Assembly: GCA_000708835.1 (NCBI GenBank)
Contig: DF237172.1
Coordinates: 71,862-135,861 of the forward strand
Direction of reading: 5' to 3'
Origin: Klebsormidium nitens
Lineage: Eukaryota; Plantae; Klebsormidiophyceae
DNA length: 64,000 bases
Part shown: positions 25,736 to 38,421 of the stretch, in pieces
How positions within the stretch are numbered: position 1 is the first letter of the stretch
Layout: every line of letters starts with the position of its first letter
Notes under the pieces: generated by a model
The model's database searches: none
The model's input: only the letters and a program-made list of their open reading frames with translations
Told to the model about the DNA's origin: nothing
Position numbers and translations under genes: made by a program

Positions 25736-27162
25736 TCCTAACTAGAAAGACACTGACCTATCGCCGGTCTGGCCGTGCAGTAGCTTCGAAGAGGGTGCCC
25801 GGTCTGGTCCAACGGCATCCGAAGCCCGTTTGGCAGATCGCGCTGAAGGGAGAGTGACACAAATATGTTCACGGCATATGCGACTGCAGTGCTTTCGCAT
25901 GCACCAGGCAAATCTTGCACAAGCTACTTCTGGATGACGTCGGATCTAGATGATCATCTCATTGGATTTTTCCGGCGCTAGACGCCCCATATTTGTGGTG
26001 TCACCATACGTGAAAGTCTGTACGTACATGTTGATCCGAAGAAACTACCATCCGGAAAGCAGATTGACTGTCGATCTCGTGCGGTAACCTGAAACACATA
26101 ATGACAATCATGGTGGTGCAACTGGATAATTTTTGGGCCTTATAAATTGCACTCAATCAAAGCTTTTGCTTACCCTAGCTGATATATAGGGTTATGCTCG
26201 AGCGAACTGGCAGTCGACTCATAGCTTGTAGTTGAATGAAATTGGTTATAATTGAAAAGCATTATGCTGCATGCGCATGTCACATCATATCATGGGTTGC
26301 AATTATGCATTATGCAGCGCGCGATCGAGCCTGTTGTATGACATTTCCGCTCAGTGCATGTGAATTAATAATGACCGTCCGTCGGCTCTGTACGACAGAA
26401 TTGCATGCTGATCGATATCCCATGTACTGTGTCTGTAACATGGAGGATTGATTGCTATCACATAGTACGTATGCCGTCATGTGCTTTTGCCAGATTGTAA
26501 TATTTTGACAAAGAACTTCAATCGTTCAGTGATCGATTGCTGGCATGAATGAACTGTGCGCGCTCTATGTTGTGCATATGAAAAGCCTGTCACAGAGCCT
26601 AAAGAACTAGCCAGCCTAAGAAGGACCATAAGCATCACAAAGCCTTCTTCTAACAATCAGGTCATTCAATGTATGCCTGATTCAAGCCTCAAAATAGCAA
26701 AGTAGCTCACAACGAGAAAATGATCTGCCAGATGCCCACTGACCCAAGGGACAACATCCGACAGGTAGTGTAAGTTCATAGGCTGATGCGATTTGTTCCT
26801 TCTGATCCCCTGTTTTGGAAGGCGCAGTTGATTGTCAGGCGCTCAAAAAGTTGGTCCAGTCAAATCCACACAATGACAATCTACTTGGGCCACCGGGATT
26901 TCTTTACAAACGTCAGCTGCCAAAGACTGCCTGGCTTGGATCCTGATAATCCTCTAGCGCGGATCATCCTGATTTGACTTCTTGTACGGACACTCGAGGT
27001 CTGGGAATAAGGCACCAGTGCCCAGTAGCAGCCACGCTTGCCATGCTAAACCTGACAAGGCAGTGTCGTCATCTACTGCTGAGCCATAGGTTGGTAGCAT
27101 GTCTCTTCGATGTGGGAAAAAAAAGCTCTAGGTTATATACTAAGCTCCTAACCTAACACTAT

Positions 27163-27234
27163 AAACCTAACCCTCAAAATCATCCAGTCCGCACCTGTAC
27201 CCACCCTAAACCCCCAAACTAACCCCATCCGTCC
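27163..27234 (+). repeat. Dispersed ~80-bp repeat, copy 2 (just 3' of the chitin-binding gene stop codon)
   Basis: aaacctaaccctcaaaatcatccagtccgcacctgtacccaccctaaacccccaaactaaccccatccgtcc. Confidence 0.8.
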
Positions 27235-27256
27235 AAGGCTGCTTGGCTTACTTTTC

Positions 27257-28136
27257 CTAGATTGAAGTCTTGGGGGGGTGGTAGCAGGGGTCCGACGGGG
27301 GGAGCTGCCACGGATGAACACAGGTGCAAAGGTCACGGTCGTACATTGTGCCGGGGCCACATTGAAAATCGTATTTTGTGAGCGTGCCGTCTATGTCCAC
27401 GCACCTGTAAAATCGGCTGCACAAACAGCAGAGCCAAAAGGGCTTAGGCATTGACAAGCATGCAAACACAACAAGGCAATGATTGGCATTGTCGGAGAGC
27501 ACTGGGATGCTTGCGCAAGACTCGTAATGAATGCTCTGAGGAGTCTCCACCTGCAAATATGGTAGTTCTCGATGTAGTGAACAGCAAGCCAAGTGAACAG
27601 TAAGCATCTTGGGGTTACTAAAAGCCCTAACCCAAAAGATCACCCGCTCCGCACCCGTACCCACCCTAACCCCCTAACTAACCCTACCCGTCTCCGTTAC
27701 TGTTCACCGGCTGTTACTGTTCACTACATCGATCGGGATGCAAGTATGGAGCATCCATAGAACCGCTCTATAGTCGATCTCTTTACTCGTACTCTACACC
27801 GCTTAATCTCTACACTTACATGAGCATCTTACATCTCAGCCCCTCCTGATGCTTGGACTGAGGCACGTGCTGAGGTTATGAGGCTTCCAAAGGCTGCATT
27901 ATTCAGTTTTGTCATGAGCATTCAAACTTGCAAGAGAGCAGAGGCAGTGCATTTTTGTTGAGCAAATACAACAATTGGGACAGGCTGAGAAATAATGAGG
28001 CCACATACGCGCAGTCATTGGTTTTTGGGAAGAAGCCTTCCTCCTCGCATTTGTCTTCCGCTGCAACTGCAATCTGGATCGTTGCCAGAAGAACCGCTGA
28101 CGCCAGCAAGAGGGACAGCACCAGAAGCTTTGCCAT
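27257..28136 (-). CDS. Small secreted protein with one chitin-binding type-2 (peritrophin-A/CBM14) domain, 95 aa, 2 exons
   Basis: Exons 28136-28009 and 27416-27257; intron GTATGT..TGCAG, phase 2. Product: MAKLLVLSLLLASAVLLATIQIAVAAEDKCEEEGFFPKTNDCARFYRCVDIDGTLTKYDFQCGPGTMYDRDLCTCVHPWQLPPSDPCYHPPKTSI. Hydrophobic signal peptide; Cys spacing C-x11-C-x5-C-x13-C-x12-C-x11-C with GFFP, FYRC and CGPGT.YD signatures. Confidence 0.85.
27621..27696 (+). repeat. Dispersed ~80-bp repeat, copy 3 (intron of the chitin-binding gene)
   Basis: aaagccctaacccaaaagatcacccgctccgcacccgtacccaccctaaccccctaactaaccctacccgtctccg. Confidence 0.8.
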
Positions 28137-29014
28137 AATGTTGGAATTGGTGAACTGCACGTATAGGAGACGCAATTAGCTCCTGTGGCACTGAAAAGGT
28201 TACCTTACACTGGCTTCTCTCCTAGCTTGTTTCTTGTATTAGGATCGGACTGCAGGGCCAAGTAGAATATGCTCAACTAGTTGGGAGTGCTCGAGTGCCC
28301 TTGAGAAAGCAGAGCCAGATCCAACCCAACAAGTAAAAGACTTCAGCCTGCAGTGTCTGAAGAGCGATCAAATTATAAGGAAGTGGCAATGTGACAAAAA
28401 CAAAGAGTTAGTCAACCAAGTTCTGAAGCTGTGACCAGCCATTGGGCACATTCAAATGAAGGAGAAGCTTCGGAAGTCCTCTATAAGTCAGAAAATTTGT
28501 AGGTATAATTGAGCGAAGGCATTCTCCCTTCAGAAAGGAATGCAACGTGCAAACAAGTACTTGATGGGCAATACAAGACGAGTACTGGCCTCGTCTTTCC
28601 ACAACTTTAATGAGACAATTGTGAGACAAATACATCTTTTTGAGACATTGAAAAGCTTGGTTCTTGAGCACAGCAGGGATTCTATTGGTACAGAAATTTG
28701 TGCGCCCACCGTTCTGCTTTTTGCATTTGGCACAAGCTGAGGTTCAACCGTAATTGTATGCAGTCGGGATGCAGTCTATCAGGTTGTTGCCAAAGCACTT
28801 GCCAAATGTCAACACAAGACACGCAAAGTACTGAGCCGAATGGCAAGCGCAACAAGGGAAAGGTTACAGAGCCATTTCTTTGCCCACCGTGACTGCGCAT
28901 CGTATTGGGACTAACCTGAGATTGCTGACCAGGATTTGGGACAAAAGGAGCAACACAGAAGCTTAGCACAGGCTTTAGAGGAGTCTCACCAATGCTGGCA
29001 GCTACTCGAAGACA

Positions 29015-29620
29015 ACTTTGAAGGGGCTTTGAAGAGGCTTTGAGGGCTCGAGAAACTTTGAAATACCGTAATTCGCAGCCTCCTAGCTCCTGAGTCGTGG
29101 GAGTCAGGACTCAGGACCCAAGCTGAGAGCTCTGAGGGTCTACTACTACAGTACTACCTAGGTAGGTACCGTAGTAGCCTGAGGGTAGGAATGCGGCGGC
29201 TGACGATCGAGAGTCCAGACTCCAGTCTCAGAGTCAGCCTAGTCCAGAGTCCAGAGTCCAGACTGTCTTGAAAGTTGAGTACCGGCCCATCAATTATGAG
29301 TAGGTAATTGATTGCTGGTGACGTACGATATCATACGGAAATCGCATGCGGGTCGCGTTACGGTGACGGTCGACTTGGCGACTGGCTAGCAGGACCTGCA
29401 AACTGGAGTGTCGCCGACGACCGGTGTCCTGACCGTACGGTGTCACGGTCTAGCGTGACCGGCCGGGACACCGGGACCGCGTCACTACTGTGACTACATC
29501 TGAGTGTGACAATACCGTAGTAGTTTAACGGTACTAAGGTACCGTGACCGAGTACGGTTAGAACTTACCGGTACGCGGCGTTGACGTGCGGTACGAAGTT
29601 CACGGTCGGAGTCAGTCATG
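29015..29620. repeat. Intergenic block dense in short direct repeats and micro-palindromes
   Basis: ctttga x4 (29016-29062); cctgagtc..gactcagg hairpin; ctactac..tacctaggta..gtagtag; (g)agtccag x4; many cggt/accg and gtac units. Confidence 0.6.
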
Positions 29621-30372
29621 CACTGCGTTTCAACTTTGCGCCGCCGCGAAGGAGGCGGCTGCCGACCGGACTCGCTGGGATTGCAGGGTTTCTAGGGTTT
29701 CAAGTATCGTGTTGACCACTAAGTGAGTCCTGAAAACGGTATGGCAGTGGCTCGGCAGTGGTGCCTGGAGGGCTGATGAGTCGGATCGACTCTCATGGGA
29801 TCTCTCTGTCGTGGCGCTTACGGGAAGATGGTTCTTTCGAATCTATATCTTAACACCAATCTGCATCATGCTCAGGGACAAAGCTTGCTCCTAAAACTTG
29901 CAATCGTCTATATCCAAGCTCCCCCTTCATCATGTATTATAGTCCATTGAAAGTGACAGTTTCAAACCCCTGCACCAATTGTGGTTACAGTCACCAGCTA
30001 TCAAAGGTGATCTGAAGTCGGGAACATTCCGACCAGAGTACCCTTGCCTTATGCTTACACTTACAAAATGATATCTGAGGCTGATTCTGACAGCTTCTCT
30101 AGCTTCCTAGCTTTCCAATGGCCATTCGGCCGGCATCAAATTAGTTCTTTCAAGACAACACAACGTTTCGAAAATGCAAGATCCAAATGTCCTACTTTCC
30201 AAATGTATCCATTTCCATTCCTTCGGAACCATTGCTTTGGACTAGGGAAGATAAAATGGAAGTCCACTTTCGTTGCATCACAGCCGTTCAATGAGACGGG
30301 ACACCAGGGCGGACCATCCGAGATTGCTTCTGAGACTAGGCAAGGTGACTAAAATCAGATAGATTTATCAGT

Positions 30373-33300
30373 CTATTGGAATCCTATGCCGAGCGGTCTG
30401 TATCTGCGAACGCTGGGCGGCGGGACCGCCACGTCCAGGGCCGCGTACTCCGAAACGAGGTTGTGTAGCTGTTCTGCAAGTGAACCGAGGCCAGACACAG
30501 GAGATTGGTCAAGTACTTGGTCAAGTACTGCTTCACACTTTGGCCCAGGTCGCCAAGAACAGCCAAGGTTTGCGGTGCACCTTAGCCTGCATTTAGGCAC
30601 GTCTGAAAACACTCACAAGTGGTAAAAGCTCAAAGGTTGAAGCCGCTGTGCAACCTTGAATTCCTACGAACACGCGCTGTAAGACTGAAGAAAGGCTGTA
30701 CAGCAAATAGTGGGTATACGAATCAGAATCAGGTCTTAGCGGACGCACAGACCCATTACAGAAGAGAGCTGTGAGCTGGTTGATGCAAAACCTGGTTGCT
30801 TTGTGCTTGTCCGAGAGAGGACCTACGGCCCGTATAACAGCCCTCGGCAGTACCCTTCATCAAACAAAGACATCATACAAACAATTCCAGCCGTCTCATG
30901 TGAAGGCGGTCTTACCTGCGCTGGTGTCAAAGACGCCCTGGTCCATGTACTCTGTGTAATGGTGCACGTACGTGCGCCTTTTGTACAACTTCATGAAGCG
31001 GTCCTTGATGGCACCGATTGACTGCCTGCATGCAGGACACAAAGCGTCTGAGGCTTTCACTATTCTCGGCAGCAAAACGATTCCGGGTGAGTCGAAAGCG
31101 TAGAGCAATGCAGCCCAAGTATTCAAAGTACCGAGCCAAGAAGATTCTGAACCTGGATGGCGAAGGTTTAGAATACTCTATGAGTCGAAGGCTTCATATG
31201 TGCAAGAAGTTGAGATAGATAGGCTTCGCCTGTTGAATCCCCCGTGAGAATGTTCAAGAACACGAAGGGGGCTGCTTCAACCCTTTACTGATCGTGCACC
31301 AGTTGGCAACATCGCTTAGACTGCTCTGCCACCTGTCAAACTTCTGTCCCCACTGCAATGTTACGAGGCAAACTCGCTTTGAATGTCGCTGGCGCACGAC
31401 CAAGTCCAACAACAACTGTGCAAGGCACTTGAAGTTTCCGGCAGGACAGAAACCCTTCGGATGTTTTAAATCATAATCTGGCAGAGCCTCACCCAATGCA
31501 GCAGTTGTTGGCGAGGCAGAGGAGGGAGTACGGCAGACCCACCGGAGGGGTGGAGCAGAGACCGATTTTGAAGCCTTCCGTGTTCCAGTAGACCTGCGGA
31601 AAAACAGATACCGTAGTGCTTTTTGAGCAGTTGACAAACATGAGTGGTTACCCGGGCCTGCGATTATACTGATGTGTTGCGCTCAGTTGCGGCTGGGATT
31701 GTGAGATCTATTGTGAGCTTTACATGCTTTGCAAAGACGAGACTACGTACTGTGGAACATGGGCTACTCAGGATTACAACTGTCTACTGGACATCCGAAG
31801 AAAGATGACGATACAGATCACGTCAATGATGAGTGGGACTAGTCGACAGAGCAATCTCGGCCGTCACAGCGGATACAAGGCTCGTCAGGGTTGACTCCGA
31901 ACCAGGCCGCACGTTCCCAAGCGACGTCAGCAATTCACGACAACCATTTCCCGCTCTTCCCAGAGCCTCACCATTTTGACACGTGGCTTGATGCGTTCAA
32001 CGTTGCGTGTGATGTCGGAAACTGTGCAGCCTTGCCCCCGGAGCATCAGGGCGCATGCCAGGTACGTTGACCCCCCCGGGTGGGCCTTCATTAGCTGGCG
32101 CTCCCTCGAAAACACCTCGGTAAACACCTGCGGAACTGTCGGTGATCAGGTCGATGACGAAGTTTAGCTCCTGGCTTTGGCCAGAAACACACTTCGTGGC
32201 AGTCAGGTAAGAACGGCGCCAGGTGCACCTTTGATACTAAAGGACTTGAGGAAACCCTTCAGTAAATGCTTGCGAAGCGTTCCGATTCTTGTTGGGCTTG
32301 AGGCCGGTTCAAAATACCCATTGTACCCGTGAATCAAATTGCACAATGACAGGTCTGTTTGACAAAGCGTGGCAGCCACTAATAAAAATTTCGTTTCGAC
32401 CGCTCTGAAACTGCTCAAGACTCCGTGCTCTTGACCGGGATCCGAAACCGGGTATATTGAGTATGCTATTGCATCACTTCATTGTCCAATATACTCTCAC
32501 GACTGCTATCAGTCTCCCGGCCGTTCGTCGAATAGAGGGTCTCGGAAAAAACGGTGACATGTCAATCAGGGTTGGATGGCAGAACTTACGTCGTGTTGCA
32601 GACAAAAAGTACGGTCAAGTAGACAAGGATCCAAGCTTGTTGGGAAACTTGCTCTGCATACCCTGGATATACTGGCATGTCAAGTTCCACCAAGCACGCT
32701 CCCTGTGAGACCTGATAGTACTATCATGGGGACGAAACGCTAGCCATGGATGCGAGAAGGGGCTCACTTCTGGAAAAGCTCCCATTTCTTAGATTAGCTT
32801 TTTCGAGCATCTCGCTCTTACGGTGTAGAGTCAATCAGGCTCCAGCACGTGACCTCCGTGCAAATGCTTCCAGGTCTAAAGGCAATCGTGCTCAGAAAAG
32901 ATCGACTCAAACAAAGAGCGCGGGTTGCGGTCGTTGACAACTCACCTGGCCAAGCGCTCTTGGCTCAAGCGTCATCTTGCCTGCATCCAGCCAGGCCATG
33001 AGCAACTGTCAGCGCTCTCCATTCCTTTGGCAGATTTCTCTTCAGTTTGACTTCCCCGCTTTCATTAAGGGCCGAGTGAGCGGCCCTAAGAGATCACACG
33101 ACCACCTGCTCCGGAACTATGCCGTAGTCCCTGAAGGCGGTATGCCATTGACTCCAATTTCAGATTTGGAATCTCACAAACCAGAAATGCTGTGTCTCAA
33201 ACTGATCTGGGTCAAAGTAACGGGCCAACAAAGAGTCGACGAAAACCTGCACTCCTAACGCGTTTAGCCATAGCTCTCAGACCACAAAGAGCTTCACTCT

Positions 33301-36300
33301 CCGTGGTATGCAATTTTCCGCGCTATGATATTGGAACACACACACAGCACCGTCATTCAGAAAGGCGCTCACCAACGTCAGCGGGTGCAGCGATCGGCGC
33401 CATACTGGACATGAGGAAGTGGAGGCGCGGGTATGGCACCAGGTTCGTCGTGATCTCGTTCAGGTCCACTGCCAGGTGTCAGGAACGTGGGGCTTCGGGA
33501 TTCTGACGGACTTTTCGAAGAGCGGAGCTTTGAGTGCTCACGGATGGGAAGGGCAAATTCGCGTCCGCAAATCAATCTGGTCCATGTTGAGGATTTGAAG
33601 CGCTGCCCGAGATCTGTCCCACTACATCCAATCTAAAACGCGTTCATTTCAAAAAAATACCCGGTTCTGAACCGTCGATAAGTATCAGACAGTCGCGCTC
33701 AGGGGGGCAGAAGAAAGTAAACGTCAGGGACGCACCGGCTGATTCCTACTTGTTGAGTCGTTAAGAATGATGAAGGATCAGAAACCCGAATCTAATTCTT
33801 CGTGATGCATCTTCGGAAACCTTGCAGACGAAACAAACGGAGGGGAAACAGCACACCGTTGAGCGGCCCCTGGAAGCGGACGGAGCTGGTCAGGTGGAGC
33901 AGCAGGTTGGCTGCAATGCCGTTCATGCTGTCGAATGGCTTGCTGCCACGTGTCCCCGTCACGGCGCTCCCGGCCTTCTTCCCGGAGGCTGCATCGACCA
34001 CGCTGCAGGGACGGGGTTTTAAAACGGGGTCAAGTTCGCTGAAGGATTGGTGTAGCACAAGCATTCGCACATTCCAAGAATTCTGGATGTCAGGCGATGA
34101 GATTGCTGCTACAGACATGGCTCCGAGGCCAACACTACTTGAAACCATGGGATGCGAAGCGGGGGTTCGTTTCGAACCTCGGGGCGGGCGTTGTCTTGAT
34201 CAGAAACGGGTCCTGCTAAGCCCACCTGACAAGGTCTTGGAGTGCCTGGTTCTCGATTGGGAGCACGCAGTCTGCAAACTCGCTGAGCGAGGCTACCGAG
34301 AGGAGACTACAAGGCAGAAAAGCGGAGTTCAGATCTACGATAGAGATGAGGTTGCAGCTGGCCTGATCGAAAGGGTTATGGAAACAAGGAAGCACGTTTT
34401 TCTTTCTTGCTGAGAACGGGAAAACGACGGGGAGGAATCAGAAGATCACTCTGTGGAATTGTCTCGCAGCGATATGTTTGGAAGACATTCCGAACCCCTA
34501 TGCAAATCTTACATGTGTATCAGCGTCGTCAGAAACAAGCACTTCCGTTTGAAGTTACTTAGCAAAGGAAAATTCGGTCGCAGAATGCAACATACTGCAA
34601 GGTAAAAATTTCCGCAAGAAAAGCACTTGTGAGTTTCTTGGACCCGTGAGACTGGAAGGCCCAACGAAAGGAGTCTGGCAACAGAAGAGAAGGGTTTCGG
34701 AAAAGGAGAATTACCTGTTGTACGGTGACGTCACGACGTCGTCATCGGCGGACGGGAAGATGGAGGTTGTGAATCGAAACACTTCCGGGTACTCGTCCTG
34801 CAAGCACAAAAGGAATCCTTTCGTCCAGTTGCGCGGAACTCCGTCGCACTTTACTGAACATTCTTAGCCGTCATCAAAGGTCGAGAAAGGCGACCGAAAG
34901 CCAGATGAAGAGGTGGCCAGGCGCAGAAAGGAAGCATGCCATTCGGTTTCAAACGACGTTGCGACGGCAGGTTTAAAGGACGTCAGCAACCAACGATAAA
35001 CTTAAGCAGAGTGTAGAACCTTTCATGCTTCTTGATCTGTGCAAGAGCAGCTTCGAAAGCGCCTGCCCCACGCTTGCATGCGGTGATTCTCTGTGAAGAT
35101 TCACGAGCATGCAATGAAGAGTGCCACACGTGACGTAAGGTGGACGTCAGCTCACGTGCAGTTGCTCGAGGATGTAAGTCCCCAGGCCGGACCCCGTGCC
35201 GCCGCCCAGGCTGTGCAGCAGGAAGAAACTCTGCAACGAATCGCAGGGCTCCACCTGGCAGCGACAGAACTCCCTCGTGAGCAAGTGAACGCAGCCTGTC
35301 ACTTGGGCCTCTGATCGCCCAAAACAACGTGCCTTAACAAAGCTTCCCGAATCTTCTGAATTAGATGCAAGAGAACAGGATGGAGCGGCGATCGTCATTG
35401 AAAATCTTCACCCCATGAAAGCCTTCCACCTTCGAAGCGGACAGAGGGATGAGCAAAACGGGAACAAGCTCCAACCCTCTGAAACAAGCACGGGGGTCTT
35501 GTGAAAGAGAGCGGGTAAAAACGCACCGCAATGCGAATGCTCTCGAAGATGCTCTCGCGGTACTGAGGACCGTAGACCTGGTGTCCGTGAGCCCTGCATG
35601 ACGCACACGGAAAGTTCGTTTGAGAAACCAAACATTGGGCCTCAGTTCGCTTCGCTTATGAGTGGAACCCGGTTGTGAGATGCCAATGTTGGTCGTATTG
35701 CAGTCAAAAGTTAGGCGGGCACCCAAGATCGTCGATTGTCAAAACTACGTCGGAATTCCGTGAGTGCCAGTTGCAAGTTTGGTACCAACTTGTATGAGCC
35801 CAGGGGCGGCCAGCCAAACAGACTGCGACCAAGACGTTTCCTAATTGAATTCGAGATGTCTGCTCGACGACTTCGCTCGACGACTAAGCAAACAACGAGC
35901 AAAACCTTTCAATGACAAGTTCCAGATTATCCTGCTCGACTGGCCGAGATCGCCGTCACGAACGGCTGACGCGCAATAAAAGCCATCGAGGTACTTCGAG
36001 GCCCCAACGAAGCTGTATAGGTCGACGCATAAGATTCAATAAGTTCATCTTTCTCGTCGGACACAGCAATCTAAGTTGCCGTGTCCTTTGAGCTGCGAGT
36101 CTCACCAGTTGTTCCCTGCGCCTGAGACATCGGTGATGTGCAGCTTCGAGTCGAAGATGTCGGCTAGAGGCCCCTGCAGTTGCGCCTTTTGAGACTAAGA
36201 ACGTCCGATCAAGTTGAGAAGATGCCCAGAAGTCTGATGAGACTTACACAGCCGAAGTATTGCCAGGAACACCCGACTAATATGCAAGATGAAGTCTCAA

Positions 36301-37928
36301 AGACAAGCTAGATTCAGTCTCAGAAACATCAAAGATGGATTCGCAAGGGACCCCATGCATCCGCTTTGAAGGACTCCGTTTTGCCCAGTGTCGGGATAGG
36401 GCTCTTGGGCTACTTCAGAGATGACCGAGAAGGCAGACCATAGGTGCTTGATCAAGTCATTTTCAAAGTTGGGATGCTGGCGGCTCAGTGGCAAGCTTTC
36501 ACAACGCGGCATAAATACACACGAATTGTAACTGCGAGACTGTGTGTTGTGAAGAACGTTGACACCTACTTTGATCTTGCCAGAAACTAATTCAGAGCTC
36601 CCAGTTCCAAGTTCGAGAATTCCTTACCTTCAAGAGCTCGTTAACAACTCCCTCCTCCATATCAACCAGAACGGCACGAGCCTGCAAAAATAAAGATGCT
36701 GGATCTAATCGCAAAGGTTTGCACTCCGACTGCAGGGATAGATGGATGTCTTTGATATCCCTTCCAAGAAAATCTACTGTCGGACGGGCCAGCATGTTTG
36801 GGCAACTTTGGTTGGCTTATAGCTTGTTCAACACAACTTGGACTGTTGTTGATGCGAACTTTAATGAGCCTCCCACCAAGTCGCTCCTTGTCCTAGTGTC
36901 TCCTCTCTCTCCGACTTTGCACAAAAGTATTGTCCTCGTGATTTGTTGTTCTTTATGTATGACTTGATTGAATGGAGCATCTAATTGTTTGTGCCATTTG
37001 CTGCCTAAGGACCCCTCTTTGCAATCACAGTGCCCTCCCAACCACATCAGCAGCTCTATCAAAATCATTCATGAATGTGACATGAGGATCTATCGCGAAA
37101 GCCCCCATACCTGGCCAAGCCAGACATTCATTCCAGGTTGCATCTCTTATCTCTGCCTATCGCTCATGGCCTTGTCCAGGCACACTCAGTAACGCCAGCT
37201 TCAAAGAATGGACCACAAGATGAACTACCAAATTTTCAAAACAACAATCTTGGATATCCATGTTTCGAAAAAGCTGTTTATAGAGTAAGGGGGTTGTTCA
37301 ATCAGTAGAGCTTGATTATGATACTCGAATTGATTATTTTCCCAAGCACCACCTCGAATGGACCGTGGCGGAGAGATGCTTGAGACTTACCTTAAGGGTC
37401 TTGATGGCACCCCCCACAGGCAGCTCCTGTGGGGGGTCATGACGGCTGTCCACATTCCGGAAGAAGCTGCTGAGGGCATCGTCAAAGCGGGCCGCCCTGT
37501 TGTAGGCGGCGTGCTCCCTCAGGGCCAGCTCCCAAAAGCGGCATCCAATCTGACAGGTGAATGCACATCTTTCAGGACTTTGTGTCTGACCAGTGTCAGC
37601 AAGTCCATACCTGGCAGAAAACAGCGTGCAGGATTTCGTGTAGATATGGCAGTGGTGGTGCAACTTGAAAGAGCGTGGAAGAGATGGAGGGGGTAACAGT
37701 TTTGGTAGGCAAAACTGGTGATTCTTGGTATGCCTGCCCCCATCCTAACTCCAGTATGAAGATTTGAGAACATAAAACGCATGCAGTGCTGTTCTGCTCC
37801 TTCCATCCTCAAGTTCCATTCCTTTGCAATCCATTTGATAGCACCTTTTGTGGAGCTTTTACTCAGGTGACCGCTCTTACCTGATTCCCGCATTGCCCAA
37901 CCTGTATCGTGACAATCTCTCGTGGCAT
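30373..37928 (-). CDS. TUBE1: Epsilon-tubulin, about 467 aa, 15 exons
   Basis: Exons 37928-37881, 37549-37391, 36681-36628, 36173-36106, 35593-35527, 35254-35156, 34797-34715, 34306-34226, 34002-33857, 33468-33373, 32980-32946, 32127-31972, 31593-31493, 31025-30916, 30473-30373; phases consistent. [25 protein letters not shown] and GAGNNWAHG, plus epsilon-typical [83 protein letters not shown]. Confidence 0.95.
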
Positions 37929-38421
37929 CTGCTGCTTCAAGCAGCAGGACGACAGGGCCTTGGCTCCAAGAAAGGTCACAAGATGTCACAAGCTTATACA
38001 AATACATCCTAGATACTTCTCTCTGTGTCCTTGTCACTGCAACGCCCATGGCATTTGTGTGAGGGGCAAGTCTTTCAGAAAGTGTGAATCCAGAGCGCCT
38101 GCAATTCCTTCGCAGAGGCACTACAGTAACATAGTATATGTAGACTGCGTTCATAACCTGTTTCCTCTTGCCTGCATATACCAGAAGTTATTACCACCGC
38201 AACTCGCAATCACTATATAATCAACATCGCTTTTTTCTCCAGTTTTTATTGGCTGCTTGAGTTTCATTGGACGAAAATTCTGGATATACCGGTACATGTC
38301 TTCCTGAAGAAATCGCGAAGCAAGCATGTACATGATGATGTAGAAAGTGGCCCGAAGTTTGTATTTGTCAGGGAGGGACCTCGAGGATTGAGGCGCTGCA
38401 TGGGCAAGGACGTCCGCTGCC

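Noticed and set aside
29772-29800. CTGATGAG plus hairpin resembling a hammerhead ribozyme core
   Set aside because: The required GAAA does not follow stem II, and stems I and III cannot be formed.
36297-36512. ORF starting MPRCES inside the tubulin locus as a possible first exon
   Set aside because: The true first exon [16 protein letters not shown] is at 37928-37881; this ORF lies in an intron.
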